Assembly: GCA_965644295.1 (NCBI GenBank)
Contig: CBFFRP010000297.1
Coordinates: forward strand, 992,001-1,056,000
Source: Paraphysomonas bandaiensis
Lineage: Eukaryota; Protista; Chrysophyceae
Direction: 5' to 3'
DNA length: 64,000 nucleotides
Under the pieces are notes generated by a model that saw only the letters and a list, made by a program, of their open reading frames with translations, was not told the DNA's origin and did no database searches. How positions within the stretch are numbered: position 1 is the first letter of the stretch; each line of letters begins with the position of its first letter. Below, piece after piece: positions 1 through 14,142 of this stretch. The translations under genes and the position numbers were made by a program.

Positions 1-374
1 TTAAATAGTACATCGTTCGTATCTAGCATGGTAATAATTTGATTATAATACGTTTCAACCATTGCATTTTGAAACATCTTAGGGAATGTTTTAACATTTT
101 TGTATTTCAACAGTTGTTGCTGATCCTCACTTAAAGCTTGGTAAGACTTTTGTATATAACTTGTGATTATTGTCATTAGTTTTGCTTTGCTCATGCTCAA
201 TGGCAATGCGGTGTAAGTTAAGTTATTATTAATGATGTACAATAAATGTTTACTGATAAAGCAATAATTCCGAAGTCCTTTGACTATAGTGGAAGCTTTG
301 TCGTTGGGGTATTGAGAGGTTGCAAGAAGATCTATATCATCTGAGTTCATTAAATCGGAATTCTTAAAATTCAT
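1..374 (-). CDS. Partial intronless ORF running off the left edge (MNFKNSDLMN...ITMLDTNDVLF); possibly the N-terminus of a viral D5-like primase/helicase
   Basis: Manually translated 124 open codons from the ATG at 374. Very AT-rich, with an upstream ACTTAAAGA...ATATTATA motif resembling the viral promoters at the right end of the window. The product call is weak. Confidence 0.4.
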   Translation of the reverse strand, partial: MNFKNSDLMNSDDIDLLATSQYPNDKASTIVKGLRNYCFISKHLLYIINNNLTYTALPLSMSKAKLMTIITSYIQKSYQALSEDQQQLLKYKNVKTFPKMFQNAMVETYYNQIITMLDTNDVLF

Positions 375-729
375 TTCGTTTATAATATTATATATCAAAT
401 TATCTTTAAGTGTTTTTAATTGCTTTTTAAATTAAAATAAATAAAATGAAAAATAATTCTTTAAACCATTTCATATAACAATAGTATTTAAAGAGAAGAT
501 TTGTATAGATAGTGTTGGTGCAGTAGCTAGTATGTTTATAGTATGTGTGCATAGTGTGGCGATGGGATATATACACGCTACTGCTATTGATGGTGATGAA
601 GTAAATGGCATTTTTGGCATGACATAATATTGTTTTTTTCTTTAATCTCGAATTATAATTTTAGTTCTTATAATTTTATTTGAAATGCCAATGCCAAAAT
701 GTCAAATTAATAATAATAATAATAATTTA

Positions 730-830
730 TGGATTTATTTAAGAAAGTATAGAAATATGGAATTATTTAAAATAGATATAGAAATATGGATTAATTAAGA
801 AAGTATAGAAATATGGAATTATTTAAAATG
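730..830. repeat. Imperfect tandem repeat (AAGAAAGTATAGAAATATGGAATTATTTAAAAT units)
   Basis: TATAGAAATATGGA occurs three times within about 100 bp. Confidence 0.7.
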
Positions 831-880
831 AAGCCATATGCCGAGCGGAGCGGCCATCATCATCACTATTTTTTTTTCCA

Positions 881-1010
881 AGCTCACAATAGTATTGCAC
901 TCAATATTATGATAGTCAAATACGAAAAGATTCTTAACTCTAGGGCGCATAATGCATAATATACGTCCATGTACATAAATATCCCTAAAAATAAGGAAAA
1001 AGCCTATTTC
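881..1010 (+). mobile_element. Degenerate remnant related to the subterminal region of the hAT element at 49692
   Basis: AGCTCACAATAGTATTGCA..TCAATATTATGATAGTCA..AAATAAGGAAAAAGCCTATTT aligns by eye with 49838-49970. Confidence 0.55.
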
Positions 1011-1640
1011 TTATATATAAAAAGGTTAGCAAAATGGGCTCGCTTCCCCCGTTTATCATAGTCTGCTGTACTCCATGCGCTCTCAGAATCTCAGAATTAA
1101 TGCAAGGTCTTATATAGCCTAATTATAAGTGTGACGTATGTCACAACGTTAAATTCATGCAGTACAGTTTCCGGTTGGATAAGTCATAAGTCCATTATTT
1201 CTCATTTTAATAGCGGAGACTTAACTCAACACTCAACCCTAAACAACAGCAGTATAGGCAACAATGTTGTTGCAAGGAAATAATGGTATGTACGGTCGCT
1301 CCATTTCCCTCCTAGCGTCTGAATATACTAGTCGTATTCATTGTAAGCCTATATACTATGTAGATATATAGAACATTGATTGCACTAAAGCGATATGAAT
1401 ACTTAATAGAATAACAGCACAGTCAAGTATGCAGTACATGCATCTACTACTGGCAAGACAGTTTGTGATGACAATAAATACTAAGTTTCGAGCTAGAGAA
1501 CATTATTCAAATGTATCTAGCTACTAAACTGACGTCACTGCATCAACGATTAAACGTCACTATAAGTGATGCAATTCGCTAAAAACATTTGTGATTATAT
1601 CAGCGATAGCAATAGCTAGGTAACGTATTCCCCGTCCTTC

Positions 1641-3507
1641 CTACTCTTCGAGCAGCCAAGCATCGACCTATCACAACGAGACGTCAGAACCTAAAGCACA
1701 CATAAATCAACATCCCAGACCTGGTTCCATATTGCGACGCGAGCCTCACGGATGAATACATCATCTGTTGGCTGTGTCGTGTGTGTCCAGAAGTGGTGGG
1801 AAGCGGCCTGCACCCAAAGTGTAGGCTCCTCAGCATTAGGAGCGGAGAGGACACCCAGAGCGTGCCATGGGTCGATCTGACCATTCGGGTACATTACACG
1901 CGTGGCCTGGACATGGCTACCGCCGTACATAGCATTCGTGTACTCAATTTGTCGGTTCACTGTGTCCGCGTCGATGTCAAAGGCTGTCAAGCAAATGTCA
2001 TAATCAACCTCCAAGGTGTGTAGTCCTTGTGTGTATGGACATTGGGAGCCTACAGGGCAGGTCTGATAAAAGCCCCACTCAGAGCAAGTTTGGTACAACC
2101 ACGAGCGAGACGGGTTCCTGGAAGACAAGGTCAATTAAGAAATATGAAGTAAATATATAATACTTTGGGTTTGCCATGGCGTCGATCATCATTTGGTACG
2201 ATACAACTTTGCAGGTCCCACCCGACTGCTTAGCAGACATTTGGGCGAGTCTGTTAACAGCGTCTCCAGTGGCTGTCTCGGTTAAATATGTACATACGGA
2301 AGCAATATTGCAGAGTGGTGCAGAACAAGCAGGGTCATTGGATTGAACAGGAAGGTACACAACACCGTCTCCTGCAAACTGCTCTTGGTTCTTAGGATCC
2401 TCCAAAGCACCAGGAGTGCAAACATTAAACATCTCTTCCAGATTTCTTCTACCAGTCTAATATACGTAGGTCAGCTATCATTAAGCAACACACAAAAATA
2501 GTAGATCCAACCTGTGTCTGCAGCATGTCACCAATGGATTTGTGTCCATTTACAATGATATCCAGACATTCCTGGGAGCCACCTACGTCCTTCGCAGCCA
2601 TTGACTGAGCCACAACCTCATTGTACTCCTCCATTTCGACCTGAACCGTTTCGTATTACATATGGTCATTCAGATATGATTAAGTCACACCTGTGCTTCC
2701 ATAGGACTGGAAGAGGAGACAGCAGCATGAATAAGATGGGGATATCTCAAGCGTGCCATTGCGGCCATCATTCCAGGGTAACTCCCACCCCAAGTGACCC
2801 ACTTGTTGTTGCTTGTGAGATCGAACTGATCTGAGATTGACGTGTGGAAATGGGCAATATCACCCAAGGCCTGTTCAGAATTCAGCCACTTCAAGTTCTC
2901 AGTTGAGAGGTCATCTCCAGGAATAGACTCGCCATAATATCTGTGTTCCAGTGCAAGCAACAAAGCACCATGTTTAGGGGCAAGCTCCACCATATCATTA
3001 CAGTGATCGCTGCTAACCAGAACCATCCAGTTGAGCGGTGGGCCCTCCCCGCCCACACAGAGAAAAACAGGAGCATTACTCTCCGGTCCTTTCCAATAAG
3101 TTGTATTCACAAAATACCTAACACAACATTAAGTATATATCTATATATTGGGCGTATATACATGATAGGTATGAAAATATGCATATATATGTATATATAT
3201 TCACGATAAGCTGTACGTACGTACCGTTGTTTAAAGAGAGTGGGATTTGATCGATCAAAATGATCCACACGCTGATCAAGGAAATAATCATGAGAGGAAG
3301 TGATAGGCTTCTCATCAGTCATTTCTTTTCCGTTAAATATAAGGCGTCCCTGGTTCCTATTATATGATATGTTAATATACAGTCATATGATACATACATA
3401 CATATATATATAGAGAGAGAAAGAGAGATAAGTGAGACGTACCATATTGGAAGAGCCAGACATGTTGCCGACATAGCCACGGCGAGAGCGATTGAATACA
3501 TGACCAT
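1641..3507 (-). CDS. Serine carboxypeptidase family S28 (PRCP/DPP7/thymus-specific serine protease-like), multi-exon, with signal peptide
   Basis: Motifs QRVDHFD, FKQRY, GGEGP, EHRYYGES, EQALGDIAHF, nucleophile GGSYPG, RSWLYQTCSEWGFYQT, NGQIDPWH, ASHH. Last exon VDAWLLEE* ends at 1641. Confidence 0.92.
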
Positions 3508-3656
3508 GATGTATTGATTAAGGGAGGTTGAATTATGAGGATGTAACTAGAGTGATATACCAGCATAACACTGTACACACTGCACGTATCCATACATAAC
3601 ACCACACACCACAATACACCATACGAAAGAATACCATCTAACAGCAACCACAAAAA

Positions 3657-3731
3657 TACATACATACATACATACATACATACATACATACATACATACA
3701 TACATACATACATACATACATACATACATAC
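3657..3731. repeat. (TACA)n microsatellite in a divergent promoter region
   Basis: Perfect tetranucleotide tract between two head-to-head genes. Confidence 0.97.
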
Positions 3732-4088
3732 GTATTCTATTGTTTTGACCGTTGCCTTCAGCTGTTGAAGTACACAGGCTGACACCAGCAGAGTGTATAT
3801 AGGTATATATGTATGTTCTATAGAGAAGAATTTTTGGTATACAGATATACAGTATACTATACAGCAGCACAGCTGTACTCACTATGTACTCACAGACAGC
3901 AGTGTATATATATATGTGTATATATGAGAAGAGCAGAGTCCCATCTGACTGACCACTGAACCAACTAGTCATTCAACCAACCTCATCTATTTCATATACA
4001 AAACCACCATCTATCACCCATCATCAATCTTTCATATCAATCATATGAATGAACTCATATTTATATAACATTATCGATATATATATCG

Positions 4089-7000
4089 ATGTTTTCATTC
4101 TTACAAGATAGTTGGGTTACTACTATAGAGAATACATCTGATGAAGATGAGATTCAATCTCAATCCAGTCTTCCATCCAATCAAATTGAAGATAATAATG
4201 ATGATAGGAATAATCTTCATTCGACAATATCTTTAGAGGACACTGACTTCATCTCTACTAAAGAATCCAGTCATGATAAGAATGATCTTCATTCAACAAT
4301 ATCTTCAAAGGACACTAACTTTATCTCTTCTAATGAATCTAGTCGTATACGTGAATTAGAGGAACAAAACTCTGTAATGGTGAAACAATTAGAGTCATTA
4401 CAAGGAATCATATCATCCAAGACATCCCTCTATCTGGATTATAAATCGAAATATGAGGTATTTGATATGATCTTTTTTATCAAGTAATATAAAATATTTT
4501 ATAGGCTAGTGAAGAAGAGCGTATGAAATCAACACAACAATCAACTGATACTTTAATAGTTATGCAAAATGAAATTGCTAAATTAGAAGCGGAAGTTATA
4601 AGATTACAACAATGTAATGAGGTTTCTTCTAGTGTATCTGATGTAGAATTGTTTAAAGCAAATCTTCAGGCTGAGAAAGATAAGGTATCTTGCTATCTAA
4701 CTGTGTTATATTGATTACATCGTGAGCTCTGGTTGTATATAGGAATGTCGTGAATTGCAACGTCGTTTATCGATTACGGAACGCGATCTTGCTCAATCCA
4801 GAGAACGTGTGGCTACATTAGAAGCTGAGCTTGAACACCTTCGTTGTAATCGATCTGACACTTCTAATCAAGACAATGGTAATGATGATGATGAGTTAAG
4901 CCGGTTTAGTGTGTCGGATTTGCCTTTGCCATTGGAAACGGGACGTAGACGAAAGAGAAAGCAGCCACCCAATTTGCTTGAAACTCGCATCCTGGAAGCT
5001 CGCCATATGCAATGGGCATCTTCCGTGCATCTTAGGTACGGTGTACACTCTACATTTTATGACTTATTTCCTTTGTAGAGAGTCTGCGGTGATGTTTAAG
5101 CAAAGCGAGAGAGTCTCAAATGTAATCGAGCAGATGGCGCTTCATCATAGAGAAGTCGGGAATGATCGCCACCTAAGAGGCAGAGATACTTCCGCTACGG
5201 AGTACAGCCATTCCAGCATTGCCCCACTCAAGAAGGCATTTAATGAACTGGAAAAATCTTTTGAGTCTTCTCGCAGTCTTGCTGTAATGCTAGATGCTCG
5301 ATTGGAGGCTGCGAGGCACACTATGTATGCAGATGTTCTTAGTGCTGTTGAGCCGGAAGTAGACGCCATAGATGAAATATATTCTTCTCTGGATCACACA
5401 ACGCTGCAAAGCATAAATAACGCTGTGACTTCAATCAATAAGTCCATTCGCTATAGACCAGGTGAGAGCAAGCTGCGTCAGGAACAGTCTGCAGAATCTC
5501 TGGGAGGAACCCACTCAGCTGAATACCTTTATAGCCTCAGAAGTGAGTGTGTAACTCTTCTACCGATAGTGAAGCAATTTGCAGAAACAGCTGTGATGAA
5601 GTGTCCCGGTTTGTCTGTTGCGATCGAGCCGGAGGTGAAGAGCCTAGAAGACATTATGGACGATTGTTTTCTTCAACATAAAGGGGACTATTCTCTTGTA
5701 TGTGATATGGTGTCCTGTACAATGGTTGCTGAGACCCTGGATGTTGTGAGAGAGTTTCTAGGGATCATTGGGTCCAATGATGGCGAGAGAAAACGCGTAC
5801 AACTACCTGGTAATACGGCCGCATTTATTGTATTAATGCATTGAATTGGGGTTTCATCGTAGGTTCCATGTCCTTCTCGACTCCTTCCGCTGCAAGGTTT
5901 CCCCGCTACGCTCTACTTGCGATTAAAAATAAGTTCAATTCCACATACGATGCTGTTGGTTTCTCCGCGGGGTACCGCGATATGTGTGTGTACTTAAGGT
6001 TTGTGGAGTCGCCCCATCCCCTTCACGTTATCGAACTCCGGCTAGACCTGCAGGCTTATGTCGACGTCGCTGGACTGAAGGTGAGACTGCTCCCATGACT
6101 TTTTCATAGTATTCTCATTTGAATGGCAGGGTGGTTGGGTGGTACATTTTTTCAAAGTGGCGCGCCCGTTAAAAATATTTGATGATCCGCTTCGAACCCA
6201 CATTGGCCCTGTGGATAAAGAGAGTGCAATGAACATAAAAGAAGGAATTACACATTCTGTATGCATGGACCACTTTTCCTTCTCCTTATCTGGAGGTGAC
6301 TATCTTATATCTGCGCTTTCTCAGAGCCCGTACTGTGCAGTCCGCGAAATATCTTTGCACGGTTCTGGGCTGTCGGATAATGACCTGTCTGTACTACTTG
6401 CTGTTCTGAGTATTCATAAGCGATTGAAAGTATTCAGAGCATCTGGAGAGAGGGATGATATTAGAGGACTAATACAGACATTTCCTTGGGATGTACTGGA
6501 AAGAGAGGCTGGTAGGGTCAATCGACCGTCGTCTTTAGGTGGAGATTCATCCGTAGGTTTTGCTGCACTGCAGAAGTTAGACTTATCGTATAACAGTATA
6601 CGAGGATCGATATACACATTTATATCCTCAATTCTTCCGAATTTGAGAATGCTAAATTTTGATGATAATAGTTTGACGGGACATATTCCACCAGATATTG
6701 GCAATATATCTAATCTTCAGTATATAATATTGTCTCGTAACGAATTGACGGGGCCTATCCCGACATCAATAGGTAACCTTCGTCATTTAAAAGACTTTCA
6801 GGTTTGGCAGAATAAACTTACAGGTACTGAATGAGTTCTTTGATATAGCTTGATTGCCGGCTAATTTCGTATTTTACAGGACCAATACCTGCAAGCTTAG
6901 GAAACCTCCATAATCTACTACGAATGAATGTTGACAGCTGTATGCTCAGTGGAACCATCCCCGAACAATTGGGGTGCTTGACATCGCTGCGAGAGCTATA

Positions 7001-7803
7001 TTGCTTTGATAATAGACTCAGCGGTCCTCTGCCATCATCTTTGTCCGGAATGATAAATCTCCAGTACCTTGGCTTGAATGGAAATCAATTTACGGGACCC
7101 ATACCGACTGAACTGGGGTAAGACGAATTTTATTTCAAAATTGTTATTCATGCTGTGTAGGCGTATGAGAAAATTGAGGACTTTATTTCTTCACGAAAAT
7201 TCTTTGAGTGGCACCATACCTCCTGAATTGGGGCGACTAGTGGACTTGAAGAAGCTATCATTCAGAGGGAACAGACTGAGTGGGCGCATACCACCAGAGC
7301 TGTGTGCGCTTACAGGGTTGCAGGCCCTAGCATTGTCAGAGAATCAACTTACGGGCGAGATTCCACAAGAAATTACTCGGCTGGAGTACTTGGAAGCTCT
7401 AACTTTAGCTAACAACCGCCTTACCGGATCCCTGCCTCGTGGCTTGAGTAGAATGAGTTGTTTGAAATCGTTGGATATAACGAAGAACCAAATTTCTGGT
7501 GCATTTCCAGTTGAGGTTTGTACGCTCAGTCATTTGCGTGATTTACTGCTTGCGGATAATTTCTTAGAGGGGCCCATACCTCATGAAATAGGAAAGCTTT
7601 CGGAATTGTGTAACCTTGAGCTTTCAGGAAACAGATTTCGAGGGGCGATTCCCACTATTGAGATTACTAGGATACGGTCACTTCAATCGATTAATTTGAG
7701 TAGAAATTACTTGATTCATGCAGATGCAGCTCAGAAATATTTGGAGGAACGATTACGACATTGCTTCATAAATGTTGACTCAGGCCAACGCCCCAAAATT
7801 TGA
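4089..7803 (+). CDS. Multi-exon cytosolic protein: coiled coil + degenerate RelA/SpoT-type nucleotidyltransferase domain + about 14 plant-type LRRs
   Basis: Exons join through GT-AG introns. Central motifs VKSLE..GDYSLVCDMVSC, IKNKF, GYRD, HVIELRL. C-terminal LxxLxLxxNxLSGxIPxxLG repeats. No signal peptide or TM segment evident. Confidence 0.8.
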
Positions 7804-8830
7804 CTTGTAGTCCAAGCGTGATTAATTTGGATGTGTCGTATTTTCTTTCCTACTCGGCGTTGTGTATTAAACATTATATTCATAGTGTATATACATATAT
7901 TGTACTGTTTTCAGTACCAATTTTCATCTTAATAAGTGTTATTTTCAAAGTGTGAGTGAACCCTAATTGTGAATATACAACGCTAGTATTTCGTCAATTG
8001 CTTTGGAGCCCCAGTTGATAGTTTAGCTAGTAACTATATAGAAAGTCTGTAGAACAATTAGAGCACAAATTATGAGAATATTTTTTTCTTTCTGAAGGAG
8101 TATAAAATTGGCGAAACATATTCGATTAGGGTTAGTAAAGGACATTGATTGAATAAAGAATTGATCTTTATAATAGTATAGCAATGCTGTTATTATTAGA
8201 GTGTAAGTAATGAACACGATAGAGTGAAAATTATGAATAACAATATAGAATATAACTATCATGCACAACGGAATATAGTTAGAAGTGTAACTACTGATAA
8301 TGACGACGTCATGATGATGATGATGATGTATCTTCGACAGATACTCTCTCTAATTATTCAGTTCATGATATATTTCATTGAATATTATAACTGACAGATA
8401 CAATCTTGTATTAAGCTGAATCCTAAAAGATTGCTAATATTTCCAGCTTTTTAGACTACGAGCGCAGTGATATGAGGAATTCAGTGATGTACAAAACATT
8501 ATGTTCTCTTCATATTCAATTGTTAAGAACTCTTTTAGTTCTTAGTTCTGACTCTTAAACGCCTATTGCTAATAATCAGATACTCACTACTGTGCAACAA
8601 AGCAAGAAGGTTTACATGTAGAGGACAAATTTTATATTATAAGTAATGTCTAATTAAAACATGAATGATTTTTTCCAGTGCTGGTGAAAGAAAGTATACA
8701 GAAACACTTCATGTCTTTTAATTCCTTGTGGGCTCTTCGAAATATTATTAGATTTGTGAATGCATAGAAACACATGATATACCTTCTCAAAAGGGAATTT
8801 AACAGTATTTTTTTTCTGGTAACTGTTTTT

Positions 8831-9010
8831 ATGATAGTAATTTGATTGCCTCCATCGACTATTATATTACAATCTCCTCCAATCTATATTAAGATTTGTT
8901 TGGACATTAATTACAAGTCACATGATAGTAATTTGATTGCCTCCATCGACTATTATTACAATCTCCTCCAATCTAGATTCAGAGTTGTTTGGTCATTAAT
9001 TACAAGTCAC
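8831..9010. repeat. ~90 bp tandem duplication
   Basis: ATGATAGTAATTTGATTGCCTCCATCGACTATT...CATTAATTACAAGTCACA is present twice in tandem. Confidence 0.85.
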
Positions 9011-9253
9011 ATTATATACTGGACACCCCATGATAACATAATGTAGTCAACGTTTTAAATAGCTACACATGAAATATTAATGATTACACATCATTAAAAT
9101 TGTAACGAAAACAAAGTTAAACAGTGAGCATCAAGTTCACAAACAAATAATATACAATACTTAAACGACAGATACAGATTGCTGTAGCTGCAGCATCTGC
9201 AAAAAGATGCTAGTTGACTTTGAACGGTGGGTTAAGTGAGTGCGCGTTTTTGC

Positions 9254-12200
9254 TTAATTCTTTTTTATTTTCGAATCTGGGCGCGATTTCTTTTTAGTAG
9301 ACGTCGTTTTCAATTTACCTCGACCAGCTGGTTTGCTTTTCTTCTTTTTCTCCGGTATAGATATTTCATCCTCTCCCTTACTTTGACTAATCGACCTGGA
9401 CACAGCCTGGTAATGATCTCCAAATATGTCACAAAATTTTTCTCCCCTAAAAAGTCTTGCAGAACTTGAGTTGCAATGGGCAATATAATGCCTCCATATC
9501 GCTGCGAAAGCGATTACTAAACGCATGGGCAGTATAAAATCAAGCAACGCACCGAAGGTTGGTCTCTCCTCTTTAGCATACTGCACTCCCTCTATCGCAT
9601 CGTGAATTTTCGTTCCATCATCAAGAATGTTATTCTCATCCACTAATAAATCTTGCTCCTCGATACGAACCTGATTTATCCATATTACTCGTATATACAG
9701 ATATAAATTATACTTACCATGCATAGGAAAGCCTTCCGTAGAAGCTCATCGGGCTTGCATCCTCTCTTGTTGCACCCTTCTCCCGAGTAGTAATTTAAAT
9801 AAAGACACCCCTGAATAATATGATACATTAATTAAATATACCCCTTTAAGCGGATTAAACCTTGCATGGCATTCCCTCTTCAGTCATCCAGTTTTGAGTG
9901 AGTTCCCATCCTGGAATAGGCGGTGTATGATACTCCCATCGGAATGTTTCATCCAACCAGTTCTCGCCGGGTTCATACACTGACATAGCTGCATACATTT
10001 TGGCCACAATTCTTTCATCGCGTCTTGATAAGTCCAAACATATCGATCCCTCAGGTTTCATAGGGTTGAATAAATTAAGAATTCCAATGCGACAGATAAC
10101 GCATGCCACTTCAAAGGGTGCCAAGAACCTCAAAACTAAATCAATATTATGGACATCTACAACTCGACTAAACAGTAAACAAAATAGTTCTACGCGGTAT
10201 GAGCCAAAATGACGGGTTTTGTGAGTACGACCTATGGTAAACCACTTTATCAGTAGCGCCAAATGCCGTGCCCGAATGTATACTCTGGAGACAATATCCA
10301 CGATGGCACTTACAATCTTACTACATTTAGCGTTGTGAGTAATTTTCTGATTCTTTTTGATTTTAATGAGTTGTTCACTACATTTGTAGAGAAACTTTTT
10401 AGAGTTCGTCATTTTGAACACCGGTTTGGTGATCCTCTTGTCTCTACCTGTCCGTTCATCAATAGCATATGATTCTGCTCGCTTTAGTTTGGACTTTTTG
10501 TCATCTTCGTATTCATCATCACTACCAATGTTACCGTGCACAGTCGATACCGCATCGCGCCTCAAATTCTGCATACTTGACGTGCGCTCCGTCGGCAATG
10601 ACTGTGTCCGAGGGATATCATGCAGTTTCTTCCTTGACAATTCTAACTTCAGCCGCTGTCCTCTCGTCAAAGTAGTCATTTCGATTAATTCGTCACGAAT
10701 ATTTTGCTGTTTCCTAACTATGTCGTCGTCCTCTACTTTGAAAACACAATGACTTAGGGACTCTGTGCTATCTTCGTCAGAATCTACTTCGGTCTGAGCA
10801 AGGGCTACTTCACTCTCAGCCAATTTATCGAGAAATTCGGCTTCTACCACCTCATCTTCAAGCACAAGTGCGGTATGGAATTCGTCACTTCGAAGCGGAA
10901 GTCTCGTATAAAACTTGTGCATACACAGTTGAATATCTTCTGCTCGTTGTTTATCATTAATGGGAACAAACTGACCATTTCCCCGCAAATCGGACCTCGA
11001 TATATCCTTCATATCACTCAGCTCTGACACCAGTTTTTCACGCTCACAGCGATTCACGAGGCCCAAATTAAGTACAATATTCGCACAACGTGAGTCACTA
11101 ATAACAGAGCTCTCTCGAGATGGTTTTTCTTCGCCACTGAAATCAAATGATAGTAATCCAGCCATTGGCATGGGGTTAAATAGATCCACAGTAATGCGAC
11201 ATGCTTTGCCATTAATTCTCTCGTTTCGAAATGCAGACCAATCTCCAATCTGACTAACGTCTCCAGAACCACCAGTGTCGACCACAACCTTGCTCATGCA
11301 CACTTCTCTGTAGTGCTCATTCTGTGCTAGCAGCTTTGACAAACATATTCTGTCATTTGCGACGGAGAGATCCAAATCATAATACCCATTAAAAATACCG
11401 ATGATTGGGTTGAGGGCACTGCCCAAGGATATTTCCAATCTCTTGAGTGCAACTTTATCAAAGTTAATTGCTTGCATTATAAAGCTCCGTGCTTCTGCAG
11501 GTTCAAACATTCTTGGCAAAATCTTCGCTGCAACTACAGCAATGTCATTCTGATCTCTCATCATGACATCAAATATGCGAAGAGCTTCTCTGAGACGTAG
11601 CATCGCATTCTGGATACAATAGTGTACAACAGTAGACACATTATCCACACCTTGGTTTATTACATCCATCATATTCGCATGGTCCACTGCAGACACAACT
11701 TTGTTTCCTGAATACTCAAGTAAATATATCAACGCCACAACATCTTCACACAAACCTTTCTTACTGTAGCTGTCCCCCACGTTAATATATAGTATTCCTC
11801 GGGTAGGTGGAACATATTTGGTTGCTTTATCCTTAGCGAGCACCATAACTGGAAACTCAAGAATGTCTTTTATACGCTCTGTTGCTTCACTTCTTTGTGC
11901 CTTTAAAAAGTCAAGAAACTCGTCCATCTGATATACATGCATTGACAAGCATTTATGAGTAATCATACAGATACTACCTCCAAGGTTCCCGAGCCGTCAA
12001 TGTCAAACATATCGACTGCCTGTTCGAACTCGACCATATCCATACGAAGCCCTACATCACAGAGTAGAGCATAAAGTTCCTCTCTGTCGAGCGACCCCGA
12101 GCCGTCCGCATCGTACTTTTTGAAGAGACTTCTCGCGAGTTCCAAGTTATTAGCGGCGCTTTCAATCTGCCTTAGACTGGACAGAACTTCCTGCTGAATT

Positions 12201-14142
12201 TCATCAAGATTATCAGCTTTTTCCGAAGAAAAAATTCGAGTAAAACGTATTTCTTTTGCTAAGGAGGGAATTTCTTGAGTCATTTCGTCGAAAGGTCGAC
12301 TAGGTCGCGTATCAAGCGCAGTTTTCACAGCGGAAGGGGGACATTTCTTCAGCTGTTGGGCATCTCTCGCAGACAAGTACGCAAATCGCGAAAATACATA
12401 CGATTGGTTGTTGGCAACAAGGCGCAACAATTTGAATGCTATTGCCCGCTCGTAAGGCTTACACATATCAAGTTCGTAACATCTATCTGGACGAGTCATG
12501 TCGAACTTACTGTTGCTATCTTTCACTGCAAAAAATACACAATACCGGCACATTATTCCATGAAATACTCAAAGTGATAGGTGCGTAACACACAAGCCAG
12601 CCACGCAATACTTACTCAGAAAATTGCATCCTGTCGCAGACACTTTTACTCGACTACCAGCAACGAAAGGAATCTGCATTAATATGCGGCCCCCACCTTC
12701 TCCAATCTGCAATAGCCTTTAAAATACATATAAGCTTCCAATCTATTCACAGTACATACCGGGTTCCCATCCATCTGAACTCGGCGTAAAGAAAAGTTTT
12801 CTTCTACTGCAACGCAAATGGTGAAGCAACCAGTGTGATTAATACTATTGTTCGCCAATAGGAGGGTTTGAATCGTCTGATTTTTCAGAATTGCTGAACC
12901 AAGTATCTCTGACGCATCTCTACCCATACCATTGTAAGACAGGTCAAGATAAGTCAGGTGCGTATTTCCACCAATCGAAGCCGCTAACGTACTAGCCCCA
13001 TCAAGGCGAATCATGTTCCAAGCAAGACTCAGCGACAGTAGGCCTGTAGAATTGGACGACAGTAGCTCCCCAATAGCTTCCCCTCCAGTCACAAGGTCTG
13101 GTTGAACCGTATTCAGGTTCTCTGCGTTCCCAATTAAATTATTAGAAAGGTTCAATTCCTCCAGAACAGTGTTCCCTGCCAACGCTCCAACAAACATGTG
13201 GCACTCAAAGTCATCCACGTCTGCCTTCCGGAGTGTGAGCTTACGTAGCCCGCACTGTGAGGTGTGCAAAAAGCGAGCCAACGCCTCCGCAGTATCTCCG
13301 TCAATGTCGTTATCTGATAGATCCAATGAAGTCAACTCAGGCAAAGCAGTGATTGCTTGGACTATAGCCCGCAACGACACATCTGTTAGGTTGTTGTCCG
13401 CGAGGTTTATCGACCGTACTAATGGTAGTTCGGGAAGCGTCTCAGCAAAAAGATTTCCAAATTCGTCTCCCATCCCCATATGCTGCAGATTCAACTCGTC
13501 GGTAACTTTCTTTCGGAGTATGAATGACATCCGTGGGTTAACTTTCCCCCTTATACAACTCGTTAAGTACTTGGAGCGAGGAGAAATTGCCCGACCATCT
13601 TCAGCATCATGCCTAACTGCAGATGCATCAAACGTACTTGCAGATATTTCATCGTTAAGTTCTGTATTTTCAGTTTCTTTTTCCTCCTCTGGACTGTCAT
13701 ATAAATCATCAACATCTAATCGTTGTGGAGCAAATGGAAACTCAAGTGCTGTTTTAGAAGGACAATCAAAACGTGTTTTCTCCTGTAATTCTTTACCATC
13801 AGGATCTACAAGAGCTCGTTGCTGATATAACCATTGAAATCTATTAGAACACTCGATACGTGCATTCTCACCAAAGTAATGATCAATCTGTATCATTCCC
13901 TCATGTTGATTACCTTCTTCTGCATAACTGGGTGGTTTAAGGATACTACGACTGTCTTTTATAGTACTAATTGCACTACTTCCTAATATACCACTAAACT
14001 TACTGAGTATACGACTATTTTGTTTGTATTCTTGTATGGATATCTCATCTGAGATATCATCATCAAAGATATCATAATCATCTGTATGGAAATTGATTTC
14101 ATCAGTAATTGTAGTAGTTAATATGCCTGGATGATCTTCCAT
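9254..14142 (-). CDS. Large multi-exon protein with ribonuclease-inhibitor-type LRRs and an EF-hand pair
   Basis: RI-like repeats (LTSLDLSDNDI, LEELNLSNNLIG, LTYLDLSYNGMG). EF-hands FKKYDADGSGSLDREE and MFDIDGSGTLEMDE. Likely start MEDHPG at 14142. Confidence 0.82.

Noticed and set aside
13169-13825. 218 aa plus-strand ORF and similar antisense ORFs (e.g. 29343, 30213, 58336, 61208)
   Set aside because: Shadows of well-supported genes on the opposite strand, with no recognisable motifs.
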